Virus record (IMG/VR): IMGVR_UViG_3300045594_000287
Span: 42,939 to 106,938 of that record
From: a virus
Lineage: Duplodnaviria; Caudoviricetes
Strand: one strand, 5' to 3'
DNA: 64,000 nt
The stretch's first letter is position 1, and each line of letters opens with the position of its first letter. A program made the translations under genes and the position numbers. A model generated the notes under the pieces. The model ran no database searches. It had not been told where the DNA came from and saw nothing but the letters and a program-made list of their open reading frames with translations. This document shows positions 62,544 through 64,000 of the stretch, in pieces.

Positions 62544-62678
62544 TATATATTAGTGATATCAATAGACATCACTTCCCTTTCGTCGGATTTACGTTGATTT
62601 CTCGACTACCGCGACCATCATTATGCATCATGTGATTACGGCAGTCTTAAGCCAACTGCCGTATTCGCCCATTCAACA

Positions 62679-62708
62679 ATTATACCGTATAAATAGTCAA
62701 AATGTCAA
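62679..62708 (-). promoter_or_regulatory. Consensus sigma-A promoter TTGACA-N18-TATAAT driving the toxin-like transcript
   Basis: Perfect -35 (62708-62703) and -10 (62684-62679) on the minus strand. Confidence 0.75.
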
Positions 62709-62732
62709 GAAAATATTGAGATATTCAACCAG

Positions 62733-62761
62733 GCTACCTTCTTTCAAGGTAGCTCTTTTTT
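62733..62761 (+). terminator. Rho-independent terminator
   Basis: GCTACCTT-CTTTC-AAGGTAGC plus TCTTTTTT. Confidence 0.75.
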
Positions 62762-62773
62762 GTTATATATTCT

Positions 62774-62790
62774 TTCTACAAAGAGTAATA
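62774..62790 (+). promoter_or_regulatory. Putative phage late promoter (second copy of TTCTACAAAGAGTAATA)
   Basis: Identical to 10880-10896. Confidence 0.55.
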
Positions 62791-62810
62791 TATCCAGTGA
62801 GGTGTTAAGA

Positions 62811-63782
62811 ATGATAAAGACCGCAACGGATTTCAACACAACAATCGAGATGCTCACGGAAGAAAAAGACCCGCTGACTACATCTTTTGATGAGAAGATG
62901 GACTCCGACACATATAATACGATCTTCAGCGACATAGAGACCGAGCTTGATGCCCTATATGAAAAGCTTCGGATGCTTGAAGATGTCAAATCATATTGTC
63001 GAGAGTTCGTGATAAAAGAGATACAGGACAAGAAGGATCAGTTTACCAATAAACTGAAAGTGATCGAAGACACGTCTGATAAGTTCCAGGACACGTCATG
63101 TGTAACCTATATGGTTCCATTGGAGTCCAAGGAAGATATTGTCAGGGATCGTAATGGTGACAGTATAGCTGTAATGAGCGTAACAAATGGACGACTGGAA
63201 GCTCCAGGAACGGAGGGGCAGGCTGCCGTTATTGATACGCTAAAACGTACATCAACCTTTGCCTGCTACAACAGTTCAGCAAAAGAACTTACACAAGACA
63301 ACCCAGGTCGAAGTTATTACAAAATGGATGAGCCGGCCGAGAATGGGGTAACCGAAGATTATGTTATTACATTCCAGAAGCCTATAAACTGTAATTATAT
63401 CAACGTATCTCAAGTAAACTGTCAAATTGAAAACTTCAAGGCCACACTTGCTGATGGAAACTCAGAAGCAGTTGACCCCACCGATAGCTATCTTGCAGAA
63501 AATAAGATCACCGGTCTTACTTTTACCCTGCGAGCAAAAGATTTCAATATATCAGCTATAGATATAGCCGACGGCTCCGGAGACAACTCTTTCGGAAAAA
63601 TAGATGGTAACGCATATAACAGACGCGGCAGCGAACTTCTTATTCATGACATGGTAAATGAAACCAACGATAAGAACAACACCAGATATAAAAATCAGTT
63701 CAGCGCAGATTATGCTACATGGAAGGCTGCTGCGGATGAGGCAGACAGCAAGAACAAACTAGTAAAGAAGGTGACTGGCTAA
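62811..63782 (+). CDS. Putative structural protein (323 aa)
   Basis: Start reassigned to ATG 62811 after GAGGTG; N-terminal coiled coil followed by a beta-rich region. Confidence 0.55.
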   Translation: MIKTATDFNTTIEMLTEEKDPLTTSFDEKMDSDTYNTIFSDIETELDALYEKLRMLEDVKSYCREFVIKEIQDKKDQFTNKLKVIEDTSDKFQDTSCVTYMVPLESKEDIVRDRNGDSIAVMSVTNGRLEAPGTEGQAAVIDTLKRTSTFACYNSSAKELTQDNPGRSYYKMDEPAENGVTEDYVITFQKPINCNYINVSQVNCQIENFKATLADGNSEAVDPTDSYLAENKITGLTFTLRAKDFNISAIDIADGSGDNSFGKIDGNAYNRRGSELLIHDMVNETNDKNNTRYKNQFSADYATWKAAADEADSKNKLVKKVTG

Positions 63783-64000
63783 TGGCCACAGAATATTCTT
63801 TTACAGGAACCAAAAGTGGAAATACTGCAAACAACGATAATGTCATTTCGTACAATAATGATAGTGGATTATTAATAAGCACGGGAGAGATCGGCGGCTA
63901 CAAATATATTCCAGCCAGTGAATTAAAAATTGACTCTACTTCAACTGACGGTGCATATAGTGCCGGCAAGATCCCTTCTCTGGAAACTGGCCTTACAAGC
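63782..64000 (+). CDS. 5' part of the next gene (MATEYSFTGTKSGN...), truncated by the window end
   Basis: TAATG coupling; frame open to the end of the window. Confidence 0.55.
   Translation, partial: MATEYSFTGTKSGNTANNDNVISYNNDSGLLISTGEIGGYKYIPASELKIDSTSTDGAYSAGKIPSLETGLTS

Noticed and set aside
62181-62760. tRNA or riboswitch in the long non-coding gap
   Set aside because: No cloverleaf/T-loop consensus or recognisable aptamer; the convergent TA-like layout explains the hairpins.
62435-62808. Plus-strand ORFs 62435..62635 and 62623..62808
   Set aside because: No SD, and they overlap the minus-strand promoter and TM ORF and a terminator; they are best explained as antisense shadows.
1-64000. 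Stop-codon reassignment as in some large gut phages
   Set aside because: Very long ORFs are intact in code 11, and TAA, TGA and TAG all terminate genes at coupled junctions (TAG at 22371, 51023, 55756).

Overview
The window is a co-oriented (+ strand), tightly packed late/virion region of a very large contractile-tailed phage. The host is probably a Bacillota, judged from strong SD sites and consensus sigma-A promoters; the genetic code is standard. Gene order: (1) a truncated large protein with a degenerate SNase fold; (2) a ~2880-aa protein with an N-terminal DEDDh exonuclease and motifs of a single-chain two-barrel RNA polymerase; (3) a 2755-aa baseplate hub, a spike OB-fold, a GH73 hydrolase, and gp25-like, J-like and other baseplate proteins; (4) two paralogous beta-helix tailspikes, a fibre and a holin-like gene; (5) an operon in which three tail-fibre genes run directly into a ~10-kb cluster encoding six radical-SAM enzymes, a U32-family Fe-S protein, three orphan proteins and a 183-aa protein ending in NCHG-NCHD-NCHG-SGGWR; (6) more structural genes, interrupted by a type I toxin-antitoxin-like locus. 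The best candidate for an undescribed system is the radical-SAM cluster, read as RiPP-like machinery that modifies a Cys/His-repeat protein, probably a virion component. The exonuclease-fused putative virion RNAP is second. All family assignments come from motif recognition by eye; no database searches were run.
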